From Sulfurimonadaceae bacterium (lineage in GTDB: Bacteria > Campylobacterota > Campylobacteria > Campylobacterales > Sulfurimonadaceae), in NCBI GenBank assembly GCA_942493175.1, contig OW818672.1:1603541-1667540 (forward strand): DNA of 64,000 nucleotides, read 5' to 3'. The notes beneath the pieces were generated by a model. It worked only from the letters and a program-made list of their open reading frames with translations, was not told the DNA's origin and made no database searches. The position numbers and the translations under genes are program-made. Positions within the stretch are counted from its first letter, which is position 1. Every line of letters begins with the position of its first letter. This document shows, piece after piece, positions 39,576 to 50,430 of the stretch.

Positions 39576-40511
39576 CTACTCGCTATAAGCTCCGACGCCT
39601 ACAAGTTTTTTATATCTAGCATCCATTCTCTCTTCTTTAGACATTTCACGCAGTTTAGCAAGTTCAGTTAAGAAATAGTCGCCAATTGCAGCCGCAGCAC
39701 CGTCTTTGTCCCTGTGTGCCCCGATTAACGGTTCATCAATAATATCATCTATAAGGTCTAGCTCTTTTAAATCACCGCTTGTTATCTTCATAGCGTTTGT
39801 TGCGGCTTCTGCTTTTGCGGGATCATTCCACAAAATAGCAGAACAACCCTCTGGAGATATAACGCTAAATACAGAGTATCTCATCATGGCGAACTTATCG
39901 GCAACTCCGATAGCAAGTGCTCCACCGCTTCCGCCTTCGCCGATAACAATCGAGATTGTTTGGGTACTCAGTTGAGATAATTCAAGCAAATTTCGAGCAA
40001 TCGCTTCACTCTGATTTCTCTCTTCTGCTCCGATACCTGGGTATGCACCAGGAGTGTCAATAAGCATAAGAACAGGTATATCAAATTTTTCAGCTAATTT
40101 TGCAGCTCGAAGGGCTTTTCTGTACCCTTCAGGATGTGGCATACCAAAATTTCTTTTTATTTTATTTTTGGTTCCGCGACCTTTTTGCTCACCGATAACC
40201 ATAACTTTTTCACCGCCGATATAGCCTAAATAACAAAGAATAGCCGCATCATCTCTAAAGTGTCTATCTCCGTGTATCTCATACTTGTCTCTCATTAAAA
40301 GATTAATATAATCAAGTGCATACGGTCTATCTACATGGCGTGCTAATTGAAGCTGTTGAAAAGGAGAGAGATTGTTAAATATCTTTGAAACTTCTTTATC
40401 CAAGTTTTCTTTAAGTAACTCAACTGCACCTTCGTCGTGACGAACTTGTGCAGATATGATATCCTCTTGAATAAATTTTATTTTATTTTCAAAATCTAAA
40501 TATGTTGCCAA
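39576..40511 (-). CDS. accA: Acetyl-CoA carboxylase carboxyltransferase alpha subunit
   Basis: IDTPGAYPG and [10 protein letters not shown] motifs. Confidence 0.95.
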   Translation of the reverse strand: MATYLDFENKIKFIQEDIISAQVRHDEGAVELLKENLDKEVSKIFNNLSPFQQLQLARHVDRPYALDYINLLMRDKYEIHGDRHFRDDAAILCYLGYIGGEKVMVIGEQKGRGTKNKIKRNFGMPHPEGYRKALRAAKLAEKFDIPVLMLIDTPGAYPGIGAEERNQSEAIARNLLELSQLSTQTISIVIGEGGSGGALAIGVADKFAMMRYSVFSVISPEGCSAILWNDPAKAEAATNAMKITSGDLKELDLIDDIIDEPLIGAHRDKDGAAAAIGDYFLTELAKLREMSKEERMDARYKKLVGVGAYSE

Positions 40512-40526
40512 ATTGGAATCCTTTAC

Positions 40527-41744
40527 TTAGATTTTTCTAAAGATTAAAACGCCGTTTGTCCCGCCAAAACCAAATGAGTTACTCATTACGGTAGTTAGCT
40601 CAGCTTTTCTAGCATAATTAGGAACAATATCTAAATCACAATTTTCGTCTGGTGTTTCATGGTTAATTGTCGGAGGAATTATTCCATCTCGCATTGCCAT
40701 TAAACACACAACGGCTTCTATACCGCCGGCTGCACCCAAGCAGTGACCAATTTGCCCTTTTATTGAACTCATTGGAGGACAATTTTCTTTACCGCCCAGA
40801 AGGTCTTTAACGGCAGCTGTCTCATTTTTATCATTTATCGGCGTACTTGTTCCATGCGCATTTACATAGTCAAGTTTAGGCTTGCCAGCCATATTGTATG
40901 CGGCTTTCATCGCACGAGTAGGACCGTCAAGGCTTGGCGTAGTTATGTGACTCGCATCACCGCTCTCACCAAATCCAATGATTTCACCATAAATATTTGC
41001 TCCACGAGCAATAGCATCTTCATATGTCTCTAAAACTAAAGCAGCAGCGCCCTCTCCCATAACAAAACCGTCACGGTCTGCATCAAATGGACGAGAAGCT
41101 TTTTTGGGCTCTTCATTTCTAGTTGAGAGCGCTTTCATGGCAGCAAAACCGCCAACACCGGCTCCGGTTATAGCACACTCTGCAGAAACAACTAGCATCT
41201 TATCTGCACCACCGCAGATAATTGTTTTAACAGCTTCGCTTACAGCGTGAGTTCCGGCAGCACAAGCTGTAACGCTTGATAGATTTGGACCTTTTGTTCC
41301 ATGCTCAATAGATACAAAACCACCAAGCATATTTACGAGAGCACCCGGAATAAAAAATGGACTTATTCTCTTTGGACCCTTAGTTTCAATAATAATAGAA
41401 TTTCTTTCAATTGACGGAAGTCCGCCAATGCCAGAACCGGCACTTATACCAAATCTGTCCATGTCAGTATCTTCAGGTATCTTAGCATCAAGCATAGCTT
41501 CTTGAGCCGCTTTTAAACCAAGATGAATAAATCTGTCAGCCTTTTTAACCTCTTTTGGAGACATAACAGTCTCAGGGTCGAAATTCTTAACTTCGCCTGC
41601 AATTTTTACGCTGTAATTCTCTGGATCAAAAAGAGTAATCGTATCTATTCCACATTCGCCGTTACATATAGCTTTAAAAGAACTCTCTTTATCATTTCCA
41701 ACTGCATTTATCATGCCTAAACCAGTAACTACAACTCTTTTCAT
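40527..41744 (-). CDS. fabF: 3-oxoacyl-ACP synthase II
   Basis: Active-site TACAAG, HGTSTP, GHCLGAAG, and C-terminus NSFGFGGTN. Confidence 0.95.
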   Translation of the reverse strand: MKRVVVTGLGMINAVGNDKESSFKAICNGECGIDTITLFDPENYSVKIAGEVKNFDPETVMSPKEVKKADRFIHLGLKAAQEAMLDAKIPEDTDMDRFGISAGSGIGGLPSIERNSIIIETKGPKRISPFFIPGALVNMLGGFVSIEHGTKGPNLSSVTACAAGTHAVSEAVKTIICGGADKMLVVSAECAITGAGVGGFAAMKALSTRNEEPKKASRPFDADRDGFVMGEGAAALVLETYEDAIARGANIYGEIIGFGESGDASHITTPSLDGPTRAMKAAYNMAGKPKLDYVNAHGTSTPINDKNETAAVKDLLGGKENCPPMSSIKGQIGHCLGAAGGIEAVVCLMAMRDGIIPPTINHETPDENCDLDIVPNYARKAELTTVMSNSFGFGGTNGVLIFRKI

Positions 41745-41812
41745 TAAAATCTCCGTATAAAATATAAAATACTTTTTAGAAACCAGAGAAACTGACCACT
41801 AAAAAACATTAA

Positions 41813-41833
41813 CTACTGAGGAGTACTCAGTAG
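41813..41833 (-). terminator. Hairpin downstream of acpP (partial terminator/attenuator candidate between acpP and fabF)
   Basis: 8-bp stem ctactgag/ctcagtag with a 5-nt loop. On the minus strand a T6 run follows after a 6-nt gap. Confidence 0.4.
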
Positions 41834-41846
41834 AATTTTTAGATAA

Positions 41847-42074
41847 CTATTTGCTTTCGATATAATTAACTACATCTCTAACAGTTTGAATTTTTTCTGC
41901 TTCATCATCAGGAATTTCAATATCAAATTTCTCTTCAAGTGCCATTACTAATTCAACTACATCAAGGCTATCAGCACCTAAATCTTCAACAAACTTTGAG
42001 TCCTCTTTAACTTCATCAGCGCTCACGCTTAATTGTTCAACTACTACTGCTTTAATATCGTCTAAAAGTGCCAT
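41847..42074 (-). CDS. acpP: Acyl carrier protein
   Basis: The [16 protein letters not shown] phosphopantetheine site. 75 aa. Confidence 0.97.
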   Translation of the reverse strand: MALLDDIKAVVVEQLSVSADEVKEDSKFVEDLGADSLDVVELVMALEEKFDIEIPDDEAEKIQTVRDVVNYIESK

Positions 42075-42182
42075 TCTAGCTCCTATGTTTTATGTGTAAA
42101 ATCTCGTAATTGTAGCATATTTAACTTAAATAAACTAACAATTTGCAAAGAAAAAGGAGGGTATAACACCCATTTCACATAG

Positions 42183-43532
42183 CTACAGAGAACTTCTTTT
42201 ATAGTAGTTTAATGCCATATTTTTTGCCTCGCTGTGCTTTAGAATAGGCTTTGGATAATCTTTTATTGTAGCATTTAGAAGAAATTGCTCATCATGTATA
42301 TACTTTGGCTCAATATCACGCAGCTGCGGCAGCCATCTTTTCATATATAAAGCATCTTTATCAAACTTTTTTGACTGCAGATATGGATTGAAAACTCTAA
42401 AATATGGCTGTGGATCAACTCCAGTTCCTGCACTCCACTGCCACGATAGAACATTGCTCGCCTTGTCATAATCCAGCAAATGCGTAGCAAAAAATCGCTC
42501 TCCCCACTGCCACGGAAGAAGCAAATCTTTTGTAAAAAAGGATGCTGCTACCATACGAACACGATTATGCATTTCTCCTGTTTGTAAAAGCTCCCTAATA
42601 CCTGCATCGACTATCGGAACGCCTGTTGTCGCACTGCAAAAACGCTCAAACTTTTCATCGTCTTCTACGCCGTTAAAGGCATATTTGTAATTTCTTGTCT
42701 CTAAGTGCGGAATGTAAAAAAGAAGATAGGCGTAAAAATCTCTAAATATAAGCTGTCTGATAAACGGCTCTGCAACACTCCCTATTGCCAACATCTTTCG
42801 TAAAACTGCTCTTGTAGAGATAGTTCCAAAACGCAAATCTACACTCAAATGCGAGGCTACATCTTCATCTAAAAAATCTCTCATCTCTTTATAGTTATTG
42901 ATATTTTTTTTGAAATTTTCAAGTTTTTTTTGTGGAGTTATGATATTCAAATTTTGCTTCTCAAAACCGATGCTCTCTATTTTAAATGGCAATCTTAGAG
43001 CGCTTTTTTCGCCATCTATCTTTGTAATTCCCTCATAATCCTCATCCATCAAAACATTGAGACCGATTTTCAACTCATCAATATTTTTTTTATCCAAAAT
43101 TGCTCTTGCTTTTTTGTAAAAAGGAGTAAATACTAGATATGGGGTAGAATCATCTTTTAAAACCTCGTTTGGTTTAAAGATGTATGTATCTTTGAGGTAT
43201 CTAAAGTGGAGTTTGTGTGATATTTGCAAATCTCTCTCTTTTGCATAACTCTCATAATCTCCGGTTGCTACAACTTCATCATACTCTTTGAGATAGTCAA
43301 AAACGGTCTCAGGTTTGCCGTAAAATATCTTTAAATCAAGTCCGATTTTTTGTAAATCTGATTTGATTTTTGTGACATAGTAAAAGATAAAACTCACTCT
43401 TTTATCGTTTTTTTCCAGTTTATTTAAGATATTTTCATCAAAAATAAATATTGGCATAACTTCACCGCTAAGAGATAAAAGGGCATTGTCTTCAACCCTT
43501 AAGTCTCTTCTAAACCATAGAATTCTTCTCAT
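42183..43532 (-). CDS. phrB: Deoxyribodipyrimidine photolyase
   Basis: WFRRDLRVEDN N-terminus, and the FAD-binding C-terminal half (SWQWSAGTGVDPQPYFRVFNP). Confidence 0.9.
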   Translation of the reverse strand: MRRILWFRRDLRVEDNALLSLSGEVMPIFIFDENILNKLEKNDKRVSFIFYYVTKIKSDLQKIGLDLKIFYGKPETVFDYLKEYDEVVATGDYESYAKERDLQISHKLHFRYLKDTYIFKPNEVLKDDSTPYLVFTPFYKKARAILDKKNIDELKIGLNVLMDEDYEGITKIDGEKSALRLPFKIESIGFEKQNLNIITPQKKLENFKKNINNYKEMRDFLDEDVASHLSVDLRFGTISTRAVLRKMLAIGSVAEPFIRQLIFRDFYAYLLFYIPHLETRNYKYAFNGVEDDEKFERFCSATTGVPIVDAGIRELLQTGEMHNRVRMVAASFFTKDLLLPWQWGERFFATHLLDYDKASNVLSWQWSAGTGVDPQPYFRVFNPYLQSKKFDKDALYMKRWLPQLRDIEPKYIHDEQFLLNATIKDYPKPILKHSEAKNMALNYYKRSSL

Positions 43533-43538
43533 TTTGGC

Positions 43539-44285
43539 TTATGCCATATTCATTCCGCCGTTTACTTTGAGCGTCTCACCTGTTATGTAACTTGAATGGT
43601 CTGAGAGTAAAAATGCCGTTGCCTCTGCTACTTCAGCAGGGTTTCCAAAACGACCCATCGGAATTTTAGAGGTAAAACTGTTTTTTACCTCATCGCTTAA
43701 AACATCCGTCATCTCTGTCGCTATAAAACCAGGAGTTATCGTATTGTAACGGATACCGCTAGAAGCTGACTCAAGCGCAAAACTCTTCGTCATGGCGATT
43801 ACTCCGCCTTTGCTTGCAGAGTAGTTTGTCTGACCTGCATTTCCTGTTTCGCCTACAATTGAAGCGATATTTACGACTGAGCCGAATTTTTTCTTTCTCA
43901 TCACTTTCATAGCTTCACGACATCCGACAAAACATGAGAGAAGGTTTGCATTGATAACAGACATAAAATCTTCACTCTTCATTCTTAGAGCGAGTTTGTC
44001 GTTTGTGATTCCTGCGTTATTTACAAGGTATGAAAGTTCGCCATCGCAATCAACGATAGTCTTTATAGCGTCCACAAACGCATCCTCGTTGCTTACGTCA
44101 AAACCGATTACCGCCGCACTTCCGCCTGAGGCCTCGATAGCATCTTTTATAGCATCAGCTTCCGCCGCACCGCTTCTGTAATTAATCCAAACTTTTAAAC
44201 CATAAGATGCCAAAACCTTTGCAATCTCTGCGCCGATACCTCTGCTTGAACCCGTTACTAAAACATTTTTTCCGCTAAATTTCAT
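43539..44285 (-). CDS. fabG: 3-oxoacyl-ACP reductase
   Basis: TGSSRGIG, NNAG, and the YSASKGG catalytic motif. Confidence 0.95.
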   Translation of the reverse strand: MKFSGKNVLVTGSSRGIGAEIAKVLASYGLKVWINYRSGAAEADAIKDAIEASGGSAAVIGFDVSNEDAFVDAIKTIVDCDGELSYLVNNAGITNDKLALRMKSEDFMSVINANLLSCFVGCREAMKVMRKKKFGSVVNIASIVGETGNAGQTNYSASKGGVIAMTKSFALESASSGIRYNTITPGFIATEMTDVLSDEVKNSFTSKIPMGRFGNPAEVAEATAFLLSDHSSYITGETLKVNGGMNMA

Positions 44286-44317
44286 TCTATTTTTTCCTTA
44301 ATTTTTGATTTATATTT

Positions 44318-45793
44318 TTATACTAAACTATGATCCATCTCTTGCGGGATTTCAAGCCCCATAAGTTTTAAGACGGTCGGTGCAATGTTGTTAAGAGCTC
44401 CGTTTTCAACTTTAGTAACACCCTCTGCCTCAACAAAACACCAAACTTTTCCGACAGTGTGGTTTGTCAAAACATTTCCCTCATCATCTCTCATCTCTTC
44501 ACAATTTCCATGATCAGATGTGATAACAACGGCATAACCCTTTTTTTTTGCTTTTTGCAAAATCCTGCCAAGCTCAGTATCCACTGCATTTACGGCTATT
44601 TTTGCCGCTTCAAAATCGCCCGTATGCCCGACCATATCGCCATTTGCAAAGTTTACTACAACAAAATCATACTCATCATCCATTGCTTTTAAAACTACAT
44701 CGCCGACCTCTGCCGCACTCATCTGGGGCTTTTGGTCATAAGTTTTTACATTTGGAGAAGGTATTAAAATTCTGGTCTCATTCTCGTACGGCTCATCAAT
44801 TCCACCATTGAAGAAAAATGTAACATGCGCATACTTCTCAGTCTCTGCGGTGTGAAGCTGTCTAAGTCCTGCTTTTGAAATCACTTCAGCCAAAGTGTTT
44901 ATCGGCGAATCTTTTAAAAACAAAACAGGATAAGGAAAATTTTTATCGTACTCTGTAATTGTTGCTAAATTAATATCTACATGTACTTTTGAAAACTCTC
45001 TAAAATTTTTATCTCCGATTGCAGTTACAATCTCTCTCATTCTGTCGCTTCTAAAGTTAATCGTCAAAACGCTATCACCGTCTTTCATGCCCTTATATCC
45101 GGTAAATGCGATAGGCTCTATAAACTCATCTGTCTCATTTTTTGCATACGATGCGTCTATATACTCCAATGGTTTCATGTCGGTTTTTGGCGTTGCATTT
45201 ACAATAGCTTCATACCCTTTTTGAACTCTATCCCAGCGGTTATCTCTGTCCATTGTAAAAAAACGACCTGAAATCGTAGCTATTTTTATATTATTATTTA
45301 GATGTAAAAAAACTTGCTCCAAATATTTTTTTGCAGAGGTAGGAGAGACATCCCTGCCATCTGTAATAAGGTGCAAAAAGACCTCTTTGCCCTCTTTTAC
45401 AGCCAAATCAGCTATACCAAGAAAATGCTCTATGTGGGAATGTACACCGCCGTCACTCATAAGTCCTATAAGGTGCAGTCTATTTGATTTACCTAAAAGA
45501 TTTTTAAACTCTTCATTATCTTTAAATCTGTTTTCATTAATAGCTAAAGATATTTTTACCAAATCCTGATACAAAACTCTTCCGCTTCCTATACTCATAT
45601 GCCCAACTTCAGAGTTACCCATTTGACCCTCTGGAAGTCCTACACTTAGTCCAAAAGTGTCAATCAGAGAGTGAGGAGTGCTCTCAAAGAGTTTGTCATA
45701 AGTCGGCTTTGTTGCATTATAAAATGCGTTGTATTGTGTCTTTGAACAATAACCGATACCGTCCGTTATGACCAAAACAGCTTTTTTTGTCAA
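44318..45793 (-). CDS. gpmI: 2,3-bisphosphoglycerate-independent phosphoglycerate mutase
   Basis: NSEVGHMSIGSGR, TDGRD, SDHGN. 491 aa. Confidence 0.95.
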   Translation of the reverse strand: MTKKAVLVITDGIGYCSKTQYNAFYNATKPTYDKLFESTPHSLIDTFGLSVGLPEGQMGNSEVGHMSIGSGRVLYQDLVKISLAINENRFKDNEEFKNLLGKSNRLHLIGLMSDGGVHSHIEHFLGIADLAVKEGKEVFLHLITDGRDVSPTSAKKYLEQVFLHLNNNIKIATISGRFFTMDRDNRWDRVQKGYEAIVNATPKTDMKPLEYIDASYAKNETDEFIEPIAFTGYKGMKDGDSVLTINFRSDRMREIVTAIGDKNFREFSKVHVDINLATITEYDKNFPYPVLFLKDSPINTLAEVISKAGLRQLHTAETEKYAHVTFFFNGGIDEPYENETRILIPSPNVKTYDQKPQMSAAEVGDVVLKAMDDEYDFVVVNFANGDMVGHTGDFEAAKIAVNAVDTELGRILQKAKKKGYAVVITSDHGNCEEMRDDEGNVLTNHTVGKVWCFVEAEGVTKVENGALNNIAPTVLKLMGLEIPQEMDHSLV

Positions 45794-45866
45794 TTTTTTT
45801 CCTTATAACAAAAGTTTTATGCAATTATACTATAATGTCATTTTTATTTAATTAAGGAACTGCTAC

Positions 45867-46928
45867 TTGCTGTACTGGCTATCAGAAATACTACATGTAA
45901 ACCTACTTGGATATATCACAATACGCGCTGGTATAGCCTTCTTTTTAGCTCTATTTTTCACACTCTTTTTAATGCCTCGTTTTATCAGATGGGCACAAAA
46001 AACTTCCAGTGTTCAACCGATTAACGAATGGGCACCAGAGAGGCACCAAAGTAAAGCAAAAACACCTACAATGGGTGGAATAGTTTTTATTTCTGCAACT
46101 ATTTTAGCTTCTTTGATAACCATAAAATTCTCAAATGCTTATGCTCTGGGCGGAGTTATTACCCTGATTTTATTTGCTCTTATCGGTTTCAAAGATGATT
46201 TTGCCAAAATCAAAAAAAATCAAAATCTAGCAGGGTTGAAAGCTCGAACAAAATTGCTGTTGCAGATTATTTCGGCGCTTATGGTGGCAATTTTTTTATA
46301 TCTCTTCTCCGATTTCAATACAAACCTTTATGTTCCATTCGTAAAAAATCCTATTTTAGACATGGGTCTTTTCGCTATTGCTTTTTGGGTCATCGTGATG
46401 ATTGCGACTTCAAACGCGGTAAACTTAACGGACGGGCTTGACGGCTTGGCTACCGTTCCATCCATAACGGCTCTTACCTCTTTTAGCATTATCATCTACA
46501 TTACCGGAAATGCTACTATAAGCTCTTACCTCTTGATGCCACACATAAACATCGGAGAGGTTGCAATTGTTTCGAGTGCACTGATTGGGGCTTTAACTGG
46601 CTTTTTATGGTACAACTGCCATCCTGCCGAAGTTTTTATGGGAGATAGCGGTTCACTTACAATAGGCGCATTTCTTGGCTATCTCGCAATTATCTCTAAG
46701 AGTGAGATTCTTCTTCTTCTAATAGGTTCTATTTTTGTCATAGAGACACTCTCTGTAATACTTCAAGTAGGAAGTTATAAGCTTAGAAAAAAAAGAGTCT
46801 TTTTAATGGCGCCTATTCATCATCACTTTGAGATGAAAAATTGGGCGGAAAACAAAATCATAGTTAGATTTTGGATTATTGCAACACTCTCAAATGTTAT
46901 TGCGCTCATCACACTAAAGATTCGCTGA
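45867..46928 (+). CDS. mraY: Phospho-N-acetylmuramoyl-pentapeptide transferase
   Basis: [29 protein letters not shown] start. Confidence 0.95.
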   Translation: MLYWLSEILHVNLLGYITIRAGIAFFLALFFTLFLMPRFIRWAQKTSSVQPINEWAPERHQSKAKTPTMGGIVFISATILASLITIKFSNAYALGGVITLILFALIGFKDDFAKIKKNQNLAGLKARTKLLLQIISALMVAIFLYLFSDFNTNLYVPFVKNPILDMGLFAIAFWVIVMIATSNAVNLTDGLDGLATVPSITALTSFSIIIYITGNATISSYLLMPHINIGEVAIVSSALIGALTGFLWYNCHPAEVFMGDSGSLTIGAFLGYLAIISKSEILLLLIGSIFVIETLSVILQVGSYKLRKKRVFLMAPIHHHFEMKNWAENKIIVRFWIIATLSNVIALITLKIR

Positions 46929-48127
46929 TGCAAAGAGTCTCTCTTTTTGGCTACGGCAAAACAACAAAAGCTTTAACAAAGCTCTATCCAAATGCTATAT
47001 TTTATGATGACAAGTGCACAAAACCATTCAAAGACGAAAACGGTTTTAAAGTAAAACCGTCGTCTGATTTTAATCCTGATTATTCAGATTTAGAGATTCC
47101 GTCTCCGGGAATTCCTCCGTTTAATCCGCTCATCGTAAGGGCAAAAAATCTAATGAGCGAGTATGACTGTTTTGCAAACAACTCTCCTCTAAGTATCTGG
47201 ATAAGCGGAACTAACGGCAAGACTACTACAACACAGATGATGCAGTATCTCCTAAAAGATAGAGGTTCGTTAGAGGGCGGAAACATAGGAACACCGCTTG
47301 GCGAACTAGACCAAAATGCCGCCATGTGGATACTTGAAACCAGCTCTTTTACAATCCACTATACAAATAAAGCATCCCCAAACATATATGTTTTATTGCC
47401 AATAACACCCGACCATCTTACTTGGCATGGAGATATGCAAGAGTATATAAATGCAAAACTAAAACCTGTAACTAAAATGCGTGAAGGCGAAGTTGCGATA
47501 ATCCCAGAGGCATATAAAGATGTAAAAACATCGGCACATCTTATCACATACAGAGATGAAGATGATTTGGCTTCACACTTTGGTATAGAGCCAAATAGAG
47601 TCAATTTTAAAGGTGCATTTTTAATGGACGCACTTTTGGCGATGGCGGTTGACAAGATACTTTTTGACAGGGTAGATTATGAAAAAATCAACTCTTTTGT
47701 CATCGACCCTCATAGACAAGAGGAGTTAAGAGATAGCAGAGGTCGCTTGTGGGTAAACGACACAAAGGCGACAAACCTAGATGCAACAATTGTTGCGCTA
47801 AAACGCTATAAAGATTCACATACTCATCTTATTTTAGGCGGAGATGACAAAGGCGTTGACCTAAATGAACTCTTTGTATTTCTTAAAAATTGCGATGTTA
47901 AAATCTATAATATCGGTTCCAACAAAGAGAAACTCTCAAATATGGCAAAAGAGTATGGCGTGAAGTTTGAACTTTGTAAAAACCTAGCAGACGCGATTGT
48001 TCAAATAGACAAAAATTTAAAAGAAAATGAAGTTGCCCTGCTCTCTCCGGCGGCGGCAAGTCTTGACGAGTTTAAATCGTATGCCGACAGAGGCGATCAG
48101 TTTAAAAGCGCTGTAAAAGGGTTGTAG
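46928..48127 (+). CDS. murD: UDP-N-acetylmuramoylalanine--D-glutamate ligase
   Basis: ISGTNGKTTT P-loop and NDTKATN. The ATG at 46928 overlaps the mraY TGA (TGATG); the upstream track extension is rejected. Confidence 0.9.
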   Translation: MQRVSLFGYGKTTKALTKLYPNAIFYDDKCTKPFKDENGFKVKPSSDFNPDYSDLEIPSPGIPPFNPLIVRAKNLMSEYDCFANNSPLSIWISGTNGKTTTTQMMQYLLKDRGSLEGGNIGTPLGELDQNAAMWILETSSFTIHYTNKASPNIYVLLPITPDHLTWHGDMQEYINAKLKPVTKMREGEVAIIPEAYKDVKTSAHLITYRDEDDLASHFGIEPNRVNFKGAFLMDALLAMAVDKILFDRVDYEKINSFVIDPHRQEELRDSRGRLWVNDTKATNLDATIVALKRYKDSHTHLILGGDDKGVDLNELFVFLKNCDVKIYNIGSNKEKLSNMAKEYGVKFELCKNLADAIVQIDKNLKENEVALLSPAAASLDEFKSYADRGDQFKSAVKGL

Positions 48128-48690
48128 TGGTAAGAGTTGCCATTCTTGCATCTCATAACGGAAGCGGCTTTAACGCACTCTATGAGGCTTCTAAAAAAGA
48201 AGAGATAAGTATCGAAATTGTTTTAGTTATGTCAAATAATCCTCATGCAGCCGTTTTACAAAATGCCGCTAATTATGGAATTGACACTTTTGCAATCAAC
48301 TCAAAAACAGATGAAAACCCCGATGAAAAAATAGAGGAGCTTTTACGCAAATACGGCTGCGAATATATCTTTTTATCTGGCTATATGAAAAAAGTCGCCG
48401 ACAACATAACAAAAAATTTCAAAGTCATAAACTCGCACCCCTCATTACTTCCAAAATACGGCGGGGCGGGAATGTATGGACGCCATGTTCATGAAGCGGT
48501 TATACAAAACAAAGAAAAAGAGAGCGGAGTAACAATTCACGAAGTAAATACCGAGTATGACAGCGGAAAAGTTATTCTTCAAAAAAAGCTAGAGCTTAGC
48601 ATGGACGAAAATATAAACTCCTTAGAATTTAAAATAAAAGAGCTTGAGCGGAACGCTATCGTGGAAGCGTTTAAAAATTATTTAAAGTAA
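48127..48690 (+). CDS. purN: Phosphoribosylglycinamide formyltransferase
   Basis: AILASHNGSG, INSHPSLLPKYGG, GVTIHEV. GTG start overlapping the murD stop. Confidence 0.9.
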   Translation: MVRVAILASHNGSGFNALYEASKKEEISIEIVLVMSNNPHAAVLQNAANYGIDTFAINSKTDENPDEKIEELLRKYGCEYIFLSGYMKKVADNITKNFKVINSHPSLLPKYGGAGMYGRHVHEAVIQNKEKESGVTIHEVNTEYDSGKVILQKKLELSMDENINSLEFKIKELERNAIVEAFKNYLK

Positions 48691-48748
48691 AGATAACTGT
48701 AAGTTTACTTTCAGTCCCTAAAAGATATAATTGCGCTCTTTAAAAGAT

Positions 48749-48824
48749 GGCCAATTAGCTCAGTCGGTAGAGCAGTAGACTGAAAATCTGCGTGTCCTTG
48801 GTTCGATTCCGAGATTGGCCACCA
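48749..48824 (+). tRNA. tRNA-Phe (GAA)
   Basis: Cloverleaf folded by hand: acceptor GGCCAAT/ATTGGCC, D stem GCTC/GAGC, anticodon loop CTGAAAA, T-loop TTCGATT, encoded CCA. Confidence 0.95.
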
Positions 48825-48855
48825 CCTCTTTTAAGACAATTACTTTTTATTATAT

Positions 48856-48931
48856 GGCCAATTAGCTCAGTCGGTAGAGCAGTAGACTGAAAATCTGCGT
48901 GTCCTTGGTTCGATTCCGAGATTGGCCACCA
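48856..48931 (+). tRNA. tRNA-Phe (GAA), identical second copy
   Basis: The same 76 nt as 48749..48824, 107 nt downstream. The flanking sequence is not duplicated. Confidence 0.95.
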
Positions 48932-48996
48932 CCTTTATATCAAAATCATCTTATTTACATTTTATTTCTAAATGGTCGATATAATTCTGTTTATAT

Positions 48997-49380
48997 GGGG
49001 CTGACCTGGTTTCGACGGGATCAAGTAGCTTCTAATTGCATGTCGGACTGAGCACTTCCGTTACGCGGCTCAACTTGCTTAAACGCAAACAATACAAATT
49101 ACCGCCCAGCTTACGCAGTAGCATAAGTTTTACCCCTTCCACTAAGACTGGGAGGCGGGCTGCTTCACCTATGGACTCTAGATAAATAGGACTCGAAGTA
49201 TAACCCTTATGTAGATATACTTTATGTTTGTCTCGGACATGAAATGAACTCAAGAGGCTCGTCTTGCGTAGCTTTGCAAGCTGTGCGAAGCAAGATTAAA
49301 CTCAAACAACTTCACTAAACATGTAGACGTTAGGAGTAGCGTGGTTTCGGACTGGAGTTCGATCCTCCACAGCTCCACCA
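48997..49380 (+). ncRNA. ssrA: tmRNA (SsrA)
   Basis: 5' GGGGCTG pairs with 3' CAGCTCCACCA, giving a G3:U pair. T-arm GGAGTTCGATCCTCC. Tag reading frame 49085..49126: GCA AAC AAT ACA AAT TAC CGC CCA GCT TAC GCA GTA GCA TAA = ANNTNYRPAYAVA, which resembles Campylobacter/Helicobacter tags. Confidence 0.9.
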
Positions 49381-49490
49381 TAAAAAACACCATCAAAAAA
49401 TTTCTTCTATAAAATCATTATTTTCATTTTAACAACTCCTCAGCACTATTTTTGTATAATCGCTTTTAAATTTTCCAAGAAGGTATCCCA

Positions 49491-50417
49491 ATGCGCGGTT
49501 ATAAAATTTTTGCCGGTTCTGCCAGCATAGAATTTGCAAAAGAGGTTTGTCAAATTTTAGATGTTCCATTGGCTAAGGCTGATATTAAAAAGTTTAGTGA
49601 TGGTGAAATCTCAGTTCAAATTGCTGAGAGTGTTCGCGGTCGTGATGTGTTTATCATCCAATCAACCGGCGCTCCATCAAACGACAACTTAATGGAACTT
49701 CTAATTATGACGGATGCTCTTCGCCGCTCATCTGCTTCAAGCATCACAGCTGTTGTTCCATACTACGGCTATGCAAGACAAGACCGTAAAGCTGCGCCTC
49801 GTGTTCCTATTACAGCAAGATTAGTCGCTGATATGTACGAAGCGGTCGGTATAGACAGAGTTGTTACGATAGACCTGCATGCAGGGCAGATTCAAGGCTT
49901 TTTTAACATTCCTGTTGACAACCTTTACGGTTCTGTAACTTTTGAAAACTATATAAGAAGCAAAAATCTTAAAAACCCAATCATAGCTTCTCCTGATATC
50001 GGCGGTGTTGCGCGTGCTCGTTACTTTGCAAGAAGAATGGGACTTGAGATGGTTATCGTTGACAAGCGTCGTGAAAAAGCGAATGAGAGCGAAGTCATGA
50101 ACATTATCGGTGATGTAGAGGGCAAGGATGTTATTATGATTGATGACATGGTAGATACTGCCGGAACTATGATAAAAGCGGCTACTGCACTAAAAAATAA
50201 GGGTGCCGCTTCCGTTATGGCATGTGCAACTCACGCCGTTCTTAGCGGAAAAGCTTATGAAAATTTAGCTAACGGTGAACTAGACGAGCTAATTGTAACA
50301 AATACTCTAGAGTCTAAACCACATGATAAAATTATAGTTTTAACGGTAGCACCTCTTTTTGCTGAAGTTATTCGAAGAGTTTATCACAATGAAAGTGTAA
50401 ATTCACTCTTTGCATAA
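49491..50417 (+). CDS. prs: Ribose-phosphate pyrophosphokinase
   Basis: YARQDRK, and the PRPP loop DDMVDTAGT. Confidence 0.97.
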   Translation: MRGYKIFAGSASIEFAKEVCQILDVPLAKADIKKFSDGEISVQIAESVRGRDVFIIQSTGAPSNDNLMELLIMTDALRRSSASSITAVVPYYGYARQDRKAAPRVPITARLVADMYEAVGIDRVVTIDLHAGQIQGFFNIPVDNLYGSVTFENYIRSKNLKNPIIASPDIGGVARARYFARRMGLEMVIVDKRREKANESEVMNIIGDVEGKDVIMIDDMVDTAGTMIKAATALKNKGAASVMACATHAVLSGKAYENLANGELDELIVTNTLESKPHDKIIVLTVAPLFAEVIRRVYHNESVNSLFA

Positions 50418-50430
50418 CCAAGGGAATTAA

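Noticed and set aside
42183-43532. Photolyase gene between fabG and acpP, considered as a possible inserted islet in the fatty-acid cluster
   Set aside because: It starts 6 nt after the fabG stop, with no flanking repeats, no obvious compositional shift and no mobile genes. Other genes are known to separate fabG and acpP in related Campylobacterota. It is ordinary operon membership.
44541-44549. T9 (A9 on the coding strand) homopolymer inside gpmI, considered as a phase-variation tract
   Set aside because: It encodes KKK in a conserved glycolytic enzyme that is intact here. No poly-G/C tracts of the kind used for phase variation in Campylobacterota were seen anywhere in the window.
49032-49253. 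73-aa minus-strand ORF in the tRNA/tmRNA region
   Set aside because: It lies entirely within the tmRNA gene, which has canonical 5'/3' pairing, a T-arm and a tag frame.
49381-49490. Genomic island or prophage integrated at tmRNA or tRNA-Phe
   Set aside because: prs follows 110 nt after the tmRNA. I saw no integrase and no duplicated tRNA or tmRNA 3' segment downstream.
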